NCBI GenBank assembly: GCA_047967505.1
Contig: CM106538.1
Direction: 5' to 3' (one strand)
Origin: Dipteris shenzhenensis
Lineage: Eukaryota
DNA: 64,000 bases
The translations under genes were made by a program, and so were the position numbers. Shown piece by piece: positions 1-11,210 of this stretch. Position 1 is the first letter of the stretch; every line of letters starts with the position of its first letter. The notes beneath the pieces were generated by a model. The model ran no database searches and was not told the DNA's origin. It saw only the letters and a program-made list of their open reading frames with translations.

Positions 1-995
1 AATTTAGCAAGGGTATTCATGAGATTTTTTGAAAGAAATCATTGTTCTTGGACATTGAAACATTGTGTTGATATTCATTTCTTCTTTTTGTGTAGAAAAT
101 GGACATCTCATTTGAAAAGTAAATTCTTGAAAATCTCAATGCATTTGACCTTGCATCAAATGTTGGTTTCTTGTAGCAACACCCACAGAACACAAACATT
201 ATAAATTGTCCAATTGAGCTTATTCCATTGCAATCATATTCCGCTTTGCTAGAAATCCTTATTAAATGTGTTCAAACAAATGCAAACTTTGTCAATTCCC
301 CTTGTAAAATTCTTTCAAACCTTAACAATGACTCGTACAATCAAATTGCATGTGTTGAAGAGATTAAGAGAATGGTAACAAATATTTCTACTTCAAGATC
401 TTAACTATATAGTTGCTTGACGAGCTTTATAAAAAACTTGCATTGTTCATTCAAAGACATTTGTAAAACTAGTACAAATGCTACAAAGTTTTCATGCACA
501 TTTTCATGATAATATTTTAGTGCATACACTTTTATTTGATGAAACTACAATACCAATGCAAATATCACCTTTGCATCATATTCAATGTAAAGGAGCATAC
601 ATCCCCTAGACCAAAGAACATGAAAGTCAACTTGGTTTAATTCTTCGTAACACCCTTCAGTTAAGTGCTAAAGAGGTTGGTACCATATTCATTGAAACAC
701 ACAAAGATGCACCTTACAATTGCATGAAAGATATATAGAATGAAAGATGCAAATGTGGCAAAAGGATGAGAAAAGGACATACCAATGGTATTGAGAAAAG
801 CACACAAAACAAAGGAGGTGATATAAGAGAAGACAATTGCATCTCAAAGCAAAGAACAATGTTTGATTCAAGCAAGGAACAAGAAACAAGGAACATAAAA
901 GCAAGTAACTCTAGTGCCAATTGTGGACACTCTTCAACATTCTTGCAAATGTTGTCAAACGTTAACATTCTTGTCCAAGCTACACACTAAGTCCA

Positions 996-3900
996 ATGTT
1001 GACTCCATTTTTAATACAAAGTGATATCATTACTGCCGAAGTTCTTCCCAAAGAGAAGTGCTTATGCTCCATTTGTTTGAAATATATTAAGAGAAATATT
1101 TTACCGACTTTTTCCCATATCAACATGCCACTTCCAAAGAAAATGAAATACACTAGTCTTCTTAATGACATTGAAGCATGCCTTATTTCAGTTCGAATCC
1201 CTTTTGCACAAATTTGTGAGTTGATTTTTGATGGACAATGCGGCCTCAAGGGAAGCATTGTGAATGTGTTTGCTGATGTTGACAGAGCCCAATACGTACT
1301 ACTGAGGTTCCTTATAGATGGAGCAACAGCCATGGTTGGGATTAAAAGAAAGCTAGAGTACACTCATTATTATATGAGTGATTAGTAAGACCTACTTTGA
1401 TAATGCGTGCATTGAAGGAGCTACTTCCAAATTCCCTATACAAGGAACAAAAGGTCACATCAAACCACAAATGGGCTCAAAATATAGAGTCTTTGGGAGA
1501 AATTCAAATACAAGAGAACTCATCAAGAAACAACAACATGGACGATGACAATGACATGCTAGTACATCAGATTTACAATAGCCAACAAGTCATTGACTTC
1601 GAAGAGAAAACAATAAATATTGCACCCTCAAAAGGCTTCTCACCTTTAAGCACCTTCAAGGACAAACATTGTGAAGAGTTAGCATTCCCTCAACTATTTT
1701 ATGGACATGGACGCTTATACAATATATCGGATCGAACTTCATACCAAGACATTGCACAGTGGGAATTCACTAACAGTGATCAATGCTTTGCATTCTCCAT
1801 AGAAAACATCTTTTTTTAAACCATGAGAGTATTGGTGCGTCAAGTACTATCCTCAACCTGGGTTCGCATATGTGTAAAGTGCAATTGCGTGGACGAACAT
1901 TAAGAGAAAAAGACACACTGCACAACACTAACGTTGAGAACCTTCTCCATTCCAATATTGGACATCACTTCGCATCCATGTGAACATCATCCAACTACAA
2001 GATGAAGTTGCAAAAAGACCTATTTGCCATGGTTAGACAACTAAGAAAACTTTTTTTATTACTTTTTCATAAGTAGAAAGACTATGGGAACCTTTGTTGC
2101 AATGCTTGTTAGAAAGGCTTAGAAAGTCTTTGTGGAAGAGCCAAGAGATACCTCAGAGGGTACTCCTTTGCACAAATACAAAACTTGATTTGAAGAGATC
2201 CAATAACTTCAGCTCAGTATTATGTCCATAGATTCCAAGCAATCAAATGCTTGTTGAAACAAGATCCATTGATCATAGGGAAGGTGATGGACTACTCCTT
2301 TGTCATAGAATTTCAAAACCATGGTAGCCACCAACACGACCATGGGTTGCTTTGGATCAAAAACGCACCTACTGCGATGGTACTTCAGACATAGAAGAAT
2401 TTATCGGCAAATACATATGCTCTGACTTATCAAAGCTTGCCTTGCCTAATTCAAAAATCCAAAGACATAAACATCACAAGACTTGCCAAAGAAGAGGTAA
2501 AAAAGGTCATTTTGGTTTTCCTCGTGCACCCATGCACACAACAAAGTTGTTGAACCTACTACATACGGGAGAAATCATAAGCAATTCGAAAGACCAAATT
2601 AAAAGTATCACTAATCTTATGGAAAACACAACAGTACAACAACAAACTTTTGATGTGATTACCTCAAATAACTTCACATTACTGAAGAAGAATAGATACT
2701 AATTCTACGATCAAACATTAGCCAATCGACAATATTCATGAGGTGTGAACCAAAGGCTCACCAAAGGATGTCTTCACTAACAACTTCAATCCAACAATTT
2801 CCAAATTATGGGGTGCTAATACAGACCTCCAATTCATTCTCAATCCACATCAAGCAGGATCATATTGCACGTCATATATGACCAAAGAGATAAAGACACA
2901 ATTGACATTGTTCGTAAAGCATTTTCCATAGCATATGCAAGCATAGCCTACCAACCAATGAGCATCTACCCAAGGTTGGGAATGCCATTTTAAACACACA
3001 ACACATAAGCGCTCAACAAGTTGTGTACTTATGCTTGTCCCTTCCTCTCATTTCCACCACACAAGAGTTCTCCTACATTAACACCAACCCCATTGATGAG
3101 CGTACATTCCTATGGAAATGAAGACAAGACTTAGAGAAGTTGGACCCTTAAAGCAATGACATTTTCTTCGCAGACATTGTTACAAAGTATTTGCAATGAA
3201 AAACTAGCATGAATGATGTTTGCCTAGCATCATTCATAAGTGATTAAAAGGAATGCAAATGCCACCAAGAAACGAAAACATGAAAAAATAATGTTTCAAC
3301 AACAACAACAAAAACAAGGATCTAGAGAAACATTTCAGAGAGTTATGTCTACTGTACTTGCCATTTTCAAATGAAGAGCATACACTAACTACAGAATTTC
3401 CCACATGGCATGACTTGTATCAATACAACAAGAAAATATAGAAAACAAACGAAGCATATATAACAAACTAATACCAACCAGCACTATATCTACGAATTTC
3501 ACAACGGCAAGTTCAAAAACATCTAAAAACTACAAACACACTGCAACAAATCAAGAGTATGACTTAAACATCGAGCTGAATACAACGTAAAACAAAAAAC
3601 AATACATTGACAATGTCCTCTCACATACAAAGCACAACCAAATGAGGATTATCACTCCACAATGGGGAGATTGAATCAATGTAAACGACCAATAGTACAT
3701 GACATCCTGCTCAAGAAATGTTTAAGCCAACAGCGTAGTGCCATTGCGCCTTTTTCTAACATGTAATGCTAGCATAGGAAAAACATTCACTCTGCTTATA
3801 TTGATCCAAGCATTGGTAAGACATTACAATCATAAAAACACATCAGATGTTACTCTACCAAGGATTCTAATACTTGCATACACAAGCAAAGCCGCATTCA

Positions 3901-4823
3901 ATGTAGGTGGAACAATAATACATTCCACACTCCACTTGCCACTCATGACTTCCACATACAAGCCACTCTCAACTGAAATACTACAAACTCTCTCAACACT
4001 ATATGCAGATTTGGAGCTAATAGTTTTCGACGAGGTTTCCCTCATTGAGCAGAATACGTTTACCGCAACAGATATGCGAATGTGTGAGATAAAACACAAC
4101 CACTTGGAACCATTTGGTGGTGTGGATGTTTTGCTTTGTGGACACTTATGCCAAGCAAGTCCAACAAATGATGCATGGATCTTTTTTAACAGATCTACAT
4201 CATTGTCTATGGTACCATCCATTTGGAAAGACCATGTGATGTACTATGAACTAGAAGAAACAATGCGACAAAATGATAACACCTTCCTCACAATATTAAA
4301 TCATATATGATTGGGCACCCAAACACTTTCAGATCTTCAATATTTAAACAACCTATACAATCATACCCCAAAGTCAAAACATGAGACGCCACACCTATAC
4401 TATACAAACGTAGCAAAAGATAAACACAATGACGACGTCTTTCACATGCTAACTTCTGAACTAGAGCAAGAGACATTAGGCATAAGACTTGTAGCAAAAC
4501 AATCAACATACCAACAGACCCAAAAAGTATTGGAGGACTCCATGCAGAGCTATTCCTAAAGGTTGGTATGATTGTGGAACTTTGTTTAGGAAAAATGTGG
4601 ACCCAAAAAGTACTGGAGGACTCCATGTAGAGCTAAGCCTAAAGGTTGGTATGATTGTGGAACTTTGTGTAGGAAATATGGACATTGCAGATGGCTTAGT
4701 TAATGGAGCAGATGCCACTTTCATGGATTCTAACATCGACAACAAAGGAGCCATAGTATGGGTACATTTCAACAATCCCACAATAGGTTCGAAAACACGT
4801 AACATGAACTCAATGATCTATAC
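996..4823 (+). pseudogene. Degenerate Helitron/Helentron Rep-helicase (DUF6570-like region, HUH Rep, Pif1 helicase)
   Basis: LNDIEACLISVRIPFAQI..GQCGLKGSIVNV; EELAFPQLFYG; Rep motif 2 remnant EFQNHGSHQHDHGLLW (~2308-2355); QRHKHHKTC; motif 3 YCTSYMTK (~2863-2886); Pif1 motifs GKTF, AYTSKAAFNVGGTIIHS, FDEVSL, PFGGVDVLLCGHLCQ, LEETMRQ, GLVNGA. Many stops and frameshifts; ~83-bp tandem duplication at 4517-4676. Confidence 0.9.
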
Positions 4824-5221
4824 GAGGATTACCAAAAAGCCAGCAACAAAAAGCGAACGAGCCAAAAAAAGCGAGTAATAAAATTTTATAAATCCCCCAT
4901 TTCAGTAGCAAAAATTAATAACTTATTCAAAATACCATATGTTTCCTGAATGCTAGAAGGTTAAATATGCATATAACTTTAAAGCCACTAACACTAATTT
5001 CACATCATCCATGAGACAGTTTGTAGGTTTAATTTCCAAGTCATTGTTTGTATTAAATACAAACCCTACTTCAATCAAGTTCTCTCTTTCCACTAGAGTA
5101 ATTGAGATAATCAATGCAACCTTCCACACAAGTGGGGTGTTTCCAAGGACTCCTTGCATGGGTCATATGTAAATGCTTAGCTTTTTTAACTCTGTTCACT
5201 CTTGGAACAAAACCCATGTTT

Positions 5222-5253
5222 CATTAGGAAAAAAGGGAGCTCATTTTGGGGCC
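5222..5253 (+). repeat. Left inverted repeat (candidate TIR)
   Basis: 30/32 match to the reverse complement of 17033-17064. Confidence 0.85.
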
Positions 5254-5712
5254 TTTTACGGTTTGGAAAAATAAGCTCTCAACCAATCAATAGAAGGCCA
5301 ACGTAACGTTGAAAATTCATGAAAATAAGAGAAAATAGAAAAAAGAAACAATACTTTATGTAAGTACAAGCGTGCTACATTAATGAGGAGATTGGTTTTT
5401 TATTCTCAGAAGATCTTTGGACAAGAAGATAGAATCTAAACTGACATTTTATCTGACAAGATCCTTCCTGCTTCCACCTTCCTTTGAATTTTCAAATGTT
5501 GTGCCGCCTTTCGTGCAAAAGGTCTACCATTCTACACCATTGCCTCATTGTGCAACAGCCTTTCTTTTCCAAAACTGCTCCCTTGATCCTGTTTGGCGTA
5601 GAGTAAGATGTTTCTCGTCAACTGTCTGTTTGCCCACTTTCTCTTTCTTGAAACTTCAAATTGTTATCTTAGTTACATTACTTTGCTATTGTTACAGATT
5701 CAGAAAATCTCC

Positions 5713-7152
5713 ATGGTGAACCAAAACCATGGCCGTTCTTGTGGAAGACGCTCTGTGGATGATAATGCTACGAAGGCAGAATTATACCAAACATCCTTAC
5801 CCCGTCGACCTGCTTCTTCTATTTCGTCGGTAGAGAATTCAAGTACAGTCAAAACGGAAGGAACTTGGGAAAGGTTTAGTGTTTCGAAAGGAGCATGGGT
5901 GCTCATGCAACCTAGCAAAAGAAAAAGACCCCAAACAAAAAACATTTTCTTGGCATCGTGGAAGGGAAGAGTACGAGATTTTAAAATCACCAAAGGGAAG
6001 ATATCCGTGAAAGAAGTTTTGATTCAGCACGTGTACATGCATAAAGAACTTGTCTTGCGAGACTATCCAAAAAATCTTCCGCAACACAGGCCTAATTGTA
6101 TATTTTTCTATTGTGGTTTTTTTCTTGATGAGGTGTATGGATTTTTAAGATGAAGCTTTCTCTCTTAGCTTATTGACATTCTTGTGTTGTTTTATTTCAG
6201 ATTTATATCCTTCATCGTATGAGACATGGCAAAACATCGATTGTATTCTGGGATTTATAGATGTTCTGCATGGATCGATAGGAGAACAACAATACCAAGG
6301 TCGATGTGCAACAGAGCTAGCTCAATCGGGTATATTTTTTACTGATCATTTTTATCAGTTGCTGGACAAAGCTAACACACATGGTGTATTAATAAAACAA
6401 GACCTTCCGGCGTGGAATTCGGTGGATTGGCCTCACCCACATTCTAGTGTTACAGAGGCATATAGGGCGAAGCTTTTTACAGAAGTACAGAAAGCTCTGA
6501 GGCCCAATATTGCCACTAGGATAGTAAAAATTTCTTTGTGCATGCCTCTCACAGTTTTTGTAGACTTGTTTAATACCTTTCCAGTAAAGGTTTCAAAAAC
6601 AATGTTCACAGTTAAAGCAACAAATTCGGCATGCATGCCACAATTTTTGGATAAAGGTTGGGATAAGAAGACATGTAGTTCAGTGTTTTGTGAGGTGGTC
6701 CAACCTTCTATGCAACTGAAGTACATGGTTGCATCACAAAATTTTATTTTCTCTTTTTATTACAAGCGCAGTCGAATGCTAGGCACAAAGCTTGTCCCAA
6801 TGGATCAAGATGAAGAGTCTTTTGGTGCAGAAAATAAACTTATTGATATTGATGTTGTTGAGAATGGTGATGTGGTAGCCAATATCTCATTAAGAGAATG
6901 TTGCTCCCTAGCTCAATTGCGCAGTGACATTCTGTTTGAGACTGAAGGTTCTATCTCAAACGACTTTTTATTTATCTACAACAACAGAAAGGTACACCAT
7001 CTGATTTATCCTAGTCTCATTAAGCATTGCTATTAGTTTAATTTACCACTCTAATTCATATTGCTTTTTTGCAGTTACTCAGAAGAAGAGAGAGCTCAGT
7101 TAAATGCAAAGACATAGAAAATTTTAAAATTGAGATAACACAGACTCCATAA
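5713..7152 (+). CDS. BAH-like domain protein with possible C-terminal ubiquitin-like domain (exons 5713-6097, 6201-6991, 7075-7152; ~417 aa, intact)
   Basis: GT-AG introns give one open frame of 1254 nt. BAH-like pattern GAWVLMQP..SWKGRVRDF..VLIQHVYMHKEL..YLYPSSYETWQNIDCILGFIDVL..IFFTDHFY; C-terminal SLAQLRSDI..FLFIYNNRK is reminiscent of a beta-grasp fold. Confidence 0.65.
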
Positions 7153-7236
7153 AGAAAGGTTTTGTATTCAATCAAGTAAGATTTTGTACAGAACTGTTTA
7201 GCTGAATCTGTAGAACATATTTCTAACATCCATTTT

Positions 7237-9307
7237 CTATTTATGTACAGTTTCATCTACATTTTCTGGAGGATCTTCTCTCTGCTGCTCCATCCTGTCC
7301 GTGCTCCATCCTGTCTCCTCCACTGCCCCAGAAGCCTCTCTTTGCTGCTTCTTCACCTTCTCCTCAACATCAGCAGCAGGTCTTTGCTCCTGTGTCTGCT
7401 CCTCCTCAACACTCTGTGATTGCTCCTGTGGCTTCTGGTCCTCAGCATTAGGTGCTTCATCTGTAAGATCAAGGTGTATGACACCTTCTTGTACTTTAGA
7501 GCTTTCACCCAGCTCCACAGTAGCTGGTACAATAGGTTTGGGGGAGGCATAGCTCAAAAACCTCCAAATTGTATGAGCTCTAAAATTATGTACATAGTTG
7601 GGGCTGAAGGTATCCTCTTTCATCTGCAATGGCAGAGGATAATTTAGAACACTTTGTATCATTATGAATTATCTTCAAGCTAAATGAAATGTATTTTTCC
7701 TTACCAAATCTGGCTGTTCCTTCTCAAAGTAGCTTGAAAGTATATATTTTGCATTGATCAGCACCCTCCATCCACAGCTACTTGAATCATTTTGTTGTGG
7801 TGTCTGTACAGTTAGAAAAAAATGTTAGAAACTGTGAGCATCAGCACAAAACAAAATTATTCAATAAGTTCAAAGACATAGCATTTAATAGACTTTTTAC
7901 CTCTAGACTTATTGGCTCTATTGAATCCAAAAGAGAGACATTTGGAGGACAATGATCCAATGCATCTAATAGCCTTCTAATACAACTGCAATATGTATAA
8001 TTTAGTTAGTATGGTATCAAAATAATGAAGTTTTAAGTTCAAAAAGCACACACAGCACTTACAATTTCAGCTCTGTGTGTGTGTTTTTTAGAGAGTTGAA
8101 TAGAAAGCATTGCTTTTGCTGGATGTCAATAGACACAAAACTCCAGTGGTCACTGCATAAGGAAAAAAGCATAAGAAAATGAAAGGCTACAAGAGTTCCC
8201 AATATTAAAGAAGAATCTTAAAAGAAGTAGTCACCCACATACTTGCTATGGTATGGAAGTAGCAAAATATCAATTACTTCAAAATTGCAGTGTTTGAACT
8301 AGCTGGAAATACTCATGGGAGTCTCCTTTGCATCTCTTAATCTAGAAGAAATGGCTGGATCAACAATATGGACTGTATGCTATACAAAGGGGTGAAGCCA
8401 GCTTCTCATCATGCTGCATAGGATCAGAACATAATTAGGGTAGGTTATAAAGGAGTTACAAGGAGGATTGATTTGCAAAAAATGTAAAATTTATAGACAC
8501 TTACTAGAGCATTGCAAGAATGATAGTATCTGAGCAATACTCATTCTTGTTAGCCAATGCTGCTAAGCATTGTTTTGTCAAATCAAAATCATTGACTGAA
8601 ACTTCATCCTCAATATGTACAACTACATCAGGGCCCAACTCCTTCAACCTTCTATGTATGTGTAGCTCCTTCTTTCCAGTCTCCACATCTATAACAGATT
8701 TTGTTTCTTTTATTTGCTGCTTCAGTGAGTCCTCATAAGCAGCCTTCCCTCTGGTGTTCTTTGAGTGTGTTACCTCAACAACCTTTACCTCATCAACCTT
8801 CACCTTCCTTGTAGGTGGAATTAGCAATATATCTCTCATTTTGATGTCCTGCCATTCCACAAGATGAACCAGCTTGTCATACCTCCATCTCACTCTGGAC
8901 AAAGTGTTGAAGTCTTTGGCCATCAAAGTCACCCTGTGAGCATGGGCTGCTACAAGCATTGCATCCTCAAAATATTTCTCCAGGTAATCCTCTGCCATTT
9001 CCTGTAAGGAAAGAATGGCAGTTCTATTCCACCTGAACCCAAGGTTTCAACTGTCACAAATTTCTCTCACCAGTCTTTGAAAGGGTGCTTTGGGTATTGC
9101 AAAGCCTATAGCTTTTTGTTGCCTCCTTATCTCCCTTAGCACACCTGCACCCTTATTCAATATTTTGGCCTTTTGCTTGAGCAAGCTCATTGGCTTACCC
9201 TTCCTGCCATGTGCAGCTCTTCCCTTTGGAGTACCTGCCCTAGCTGCTGTTGCTGCAAGACCTGGTCCTTTGCCAACTTTCCTTGCAGTTGACTTGGTTC
9301 TTGCCAT
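7237..9307 (-). pseudogene. Histone H3-fold::Ulp1/SENP (C48) protease fusion (exons 9307-8505, 8413-8243, 8152-8063, 7985-7901, 7803-7705, 7623-7237; ~544 codons, 3 in-frame stops)
   Basis: MARTKSTARK..VLREIRRQQK..PFQRLVREI..LQEMAEDYL..FEDAML.AAHAHRVTLMAKD (H3 fold), continuing through phase-compatible GT-AG introns into SDTII, LLLPYHSNDHWSFVSID..FNSL and PQQNDSSSCG (Ulp1 motifs). TGA at 9049-9047 and two TAG stops in exon 2. Confidence 0.88.
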
Positions 9308-9400
9308 CACTCTGAAAAACTGCATACAAAGGATTGGAAAGAGATCACAGACATCTAACAAAGAAAAGGCAATCACAGGGGTGGAAGAAGCCAAATAGAG

Positions 9401-9473
9401 AAATTTGCAATAAAATGCGATATGAGCAGTTTGGAATTTCAAACAGGTCCACATCGCATTTTGCTGCAAATTT
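9401..9473. repeat. ~73-bp hairpin motif, copy 1
   Basis: AAATTTGCAATAAAATGCGA...TCGCATTTTGCTGCAAATTT; the same motif recurs three times at 10448-10930. Confidence 0.85.
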
Positions 9474-10447
9474 TTGAAATGAATTGCTGGTGCACTCCTA
9501 CAGTGATTTCTATGTTTCTCCAACCAAATACAGTATGAATGGAGGTTATGCAAGAAGATCACATGCAAATATCACACTTGAAGATCTGCATTTCTACAGT
9601 GATTTCTCTGTCTTGGTTTGAGTCTATGCATTTCCATGCAGGATGTATTTTTTCTATTTTAGGCAAGAAGATTGCAGAGACTAAGGGGAGAACCCATTGT
9701 TACTGACCTGGAATCTATATGTGGATGTGCTGTGCTGCTGAGGAGTAATCTGTGCTGAGGATGAACCTGTGCTGTTGGACAAGATGCTGATGCTGCAGAG
9801 TATGGAGGTAGGGAGGCAAGAGAGCAGAGACTGGAGGGCAAGAGGTCCAAAACAGGATACCACAAATAAGTGCAAATAGAATTAAAGAATCACTAAATCC
9901 CACACGTGTGGAATGTAGTCGTTTTTCACACATGTGGATGGGACCCAGATCTCTTGGAGTTTGAAATTTGGCACGTGTGAAAGTACACTTTATTCCTTGG
10001 AACTTGTGCCATTCATGATTTCATCATCAATACCACAACCACTTTTCCCTCCCCTGGATCCCAATCTTTCATCCCTGCCACGACCCTCGCATCTTCCATT
10101 TCCTTCTCTCTGATCCTTTCCTACCCAGCACACTCCATCCAGACTGCAACCTGCCTGAAGACAGTACTGCCAGATCTCCAGGTTACCTAGAGTGCAAAGT
10201 TCAAGCTAGAGAAAGAGCAGGAGATTTACCAGTGCAACTCAATCAGCATGGAAAAGGAAAAAAAAGGTCAGAATTCTAGTTTGGTTTCAATGTTTTTCAA
10301 CATTTAGTTCTTCCATCCATTGGATTTTTTATGTCCCAATGTCTTCACTCAGCTCCATCCTTCTTCTTACATTTTCAATTAATACTGTTCAAGAATGTGG
10401 TAAATCACCCAGAAATTAGATTGTAGGTTGATATGAATAGAAACAAG

Positions 10448-10935
10448 AAATTTGCAACAAAATGCGAGGAGAGTGGTTTATAATTCTCTAAACAGCCCAT
10501 ATCGCATTTTGCTGCAAATTCCTGTTGTTGACTCCTTCCTCATGAAAAGTTTCACTCATTCCATTATTTCTCTTGCATATGAGATCATAGTGTCCAGGAA
10601 TCACTGATATGAACCAAGTGCTTGATTTGACATGCACATGAACAGAACTTGAGAATTTGCAACAAAATGTGAGGAGAGTGGTTTATAGTTCTCTAAACAG
10701 CCCATATCGCATTTTGCTGCAAATTCCTGTTGTTGACACATTCCTCATGATTAGTTTCACTCATTCCATTATTTCTCTTGCATATGAGATCATAGTGTCC
10801 AGGAATCACTGAGATGAACCAAGTGCTTGATTTGACATGCACATGAACAGAATTTGAGAATTTGCAACAAAATGCGAGGAGAGTGGTTTATAATTCTCTA
10901 AACAGCCCATATCGCATTTTGCTGCAAATTCCTGT
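10448..10935. repeat. 205-bp tandem repeat (~2.4 units), each unit starting with the 73-bp hairpin
   Basis: Near-identical units beginning at about 10448, 10653 and 10858. Confidence 0.9.
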
Positions 10936-11210
10936 GTATTATTTGTTTCTCACTTCTACCTCATTAATTTGCTATCTTTAGCCCTGTGGAAATCTTCCTT
11001 GATGATGAGAAATGTTTTTGTTTTGGAATAGCTGGCTCCCAGGCCCCACCTTTCAAGAGGAAGCTGGACTTTTCTGCTGCTATTATTAGACCACAGCAAT
11101 CACCAGGTGAGTCATGAGATGTCATGAAGGAATTATCTGGTGATATACAATGCATTCACTGATTGCATATGTCAACATATAGAATTCATAGTATATAAGT
11201 TTTTGAACAG

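Noticed and set aside
5222-5260. Canonical RSS heptamer/nonamer with 12/23 spacers
   Set aside because: No CACAGTG or ACAAAAACC arrangement at either inverted repeat.
8875-9307. Ordinary host histone H3 or CENH3 gene
   Set aside because: Highly diverged, continues in frame into a protease domain and lies inside the IR-bounded unit.
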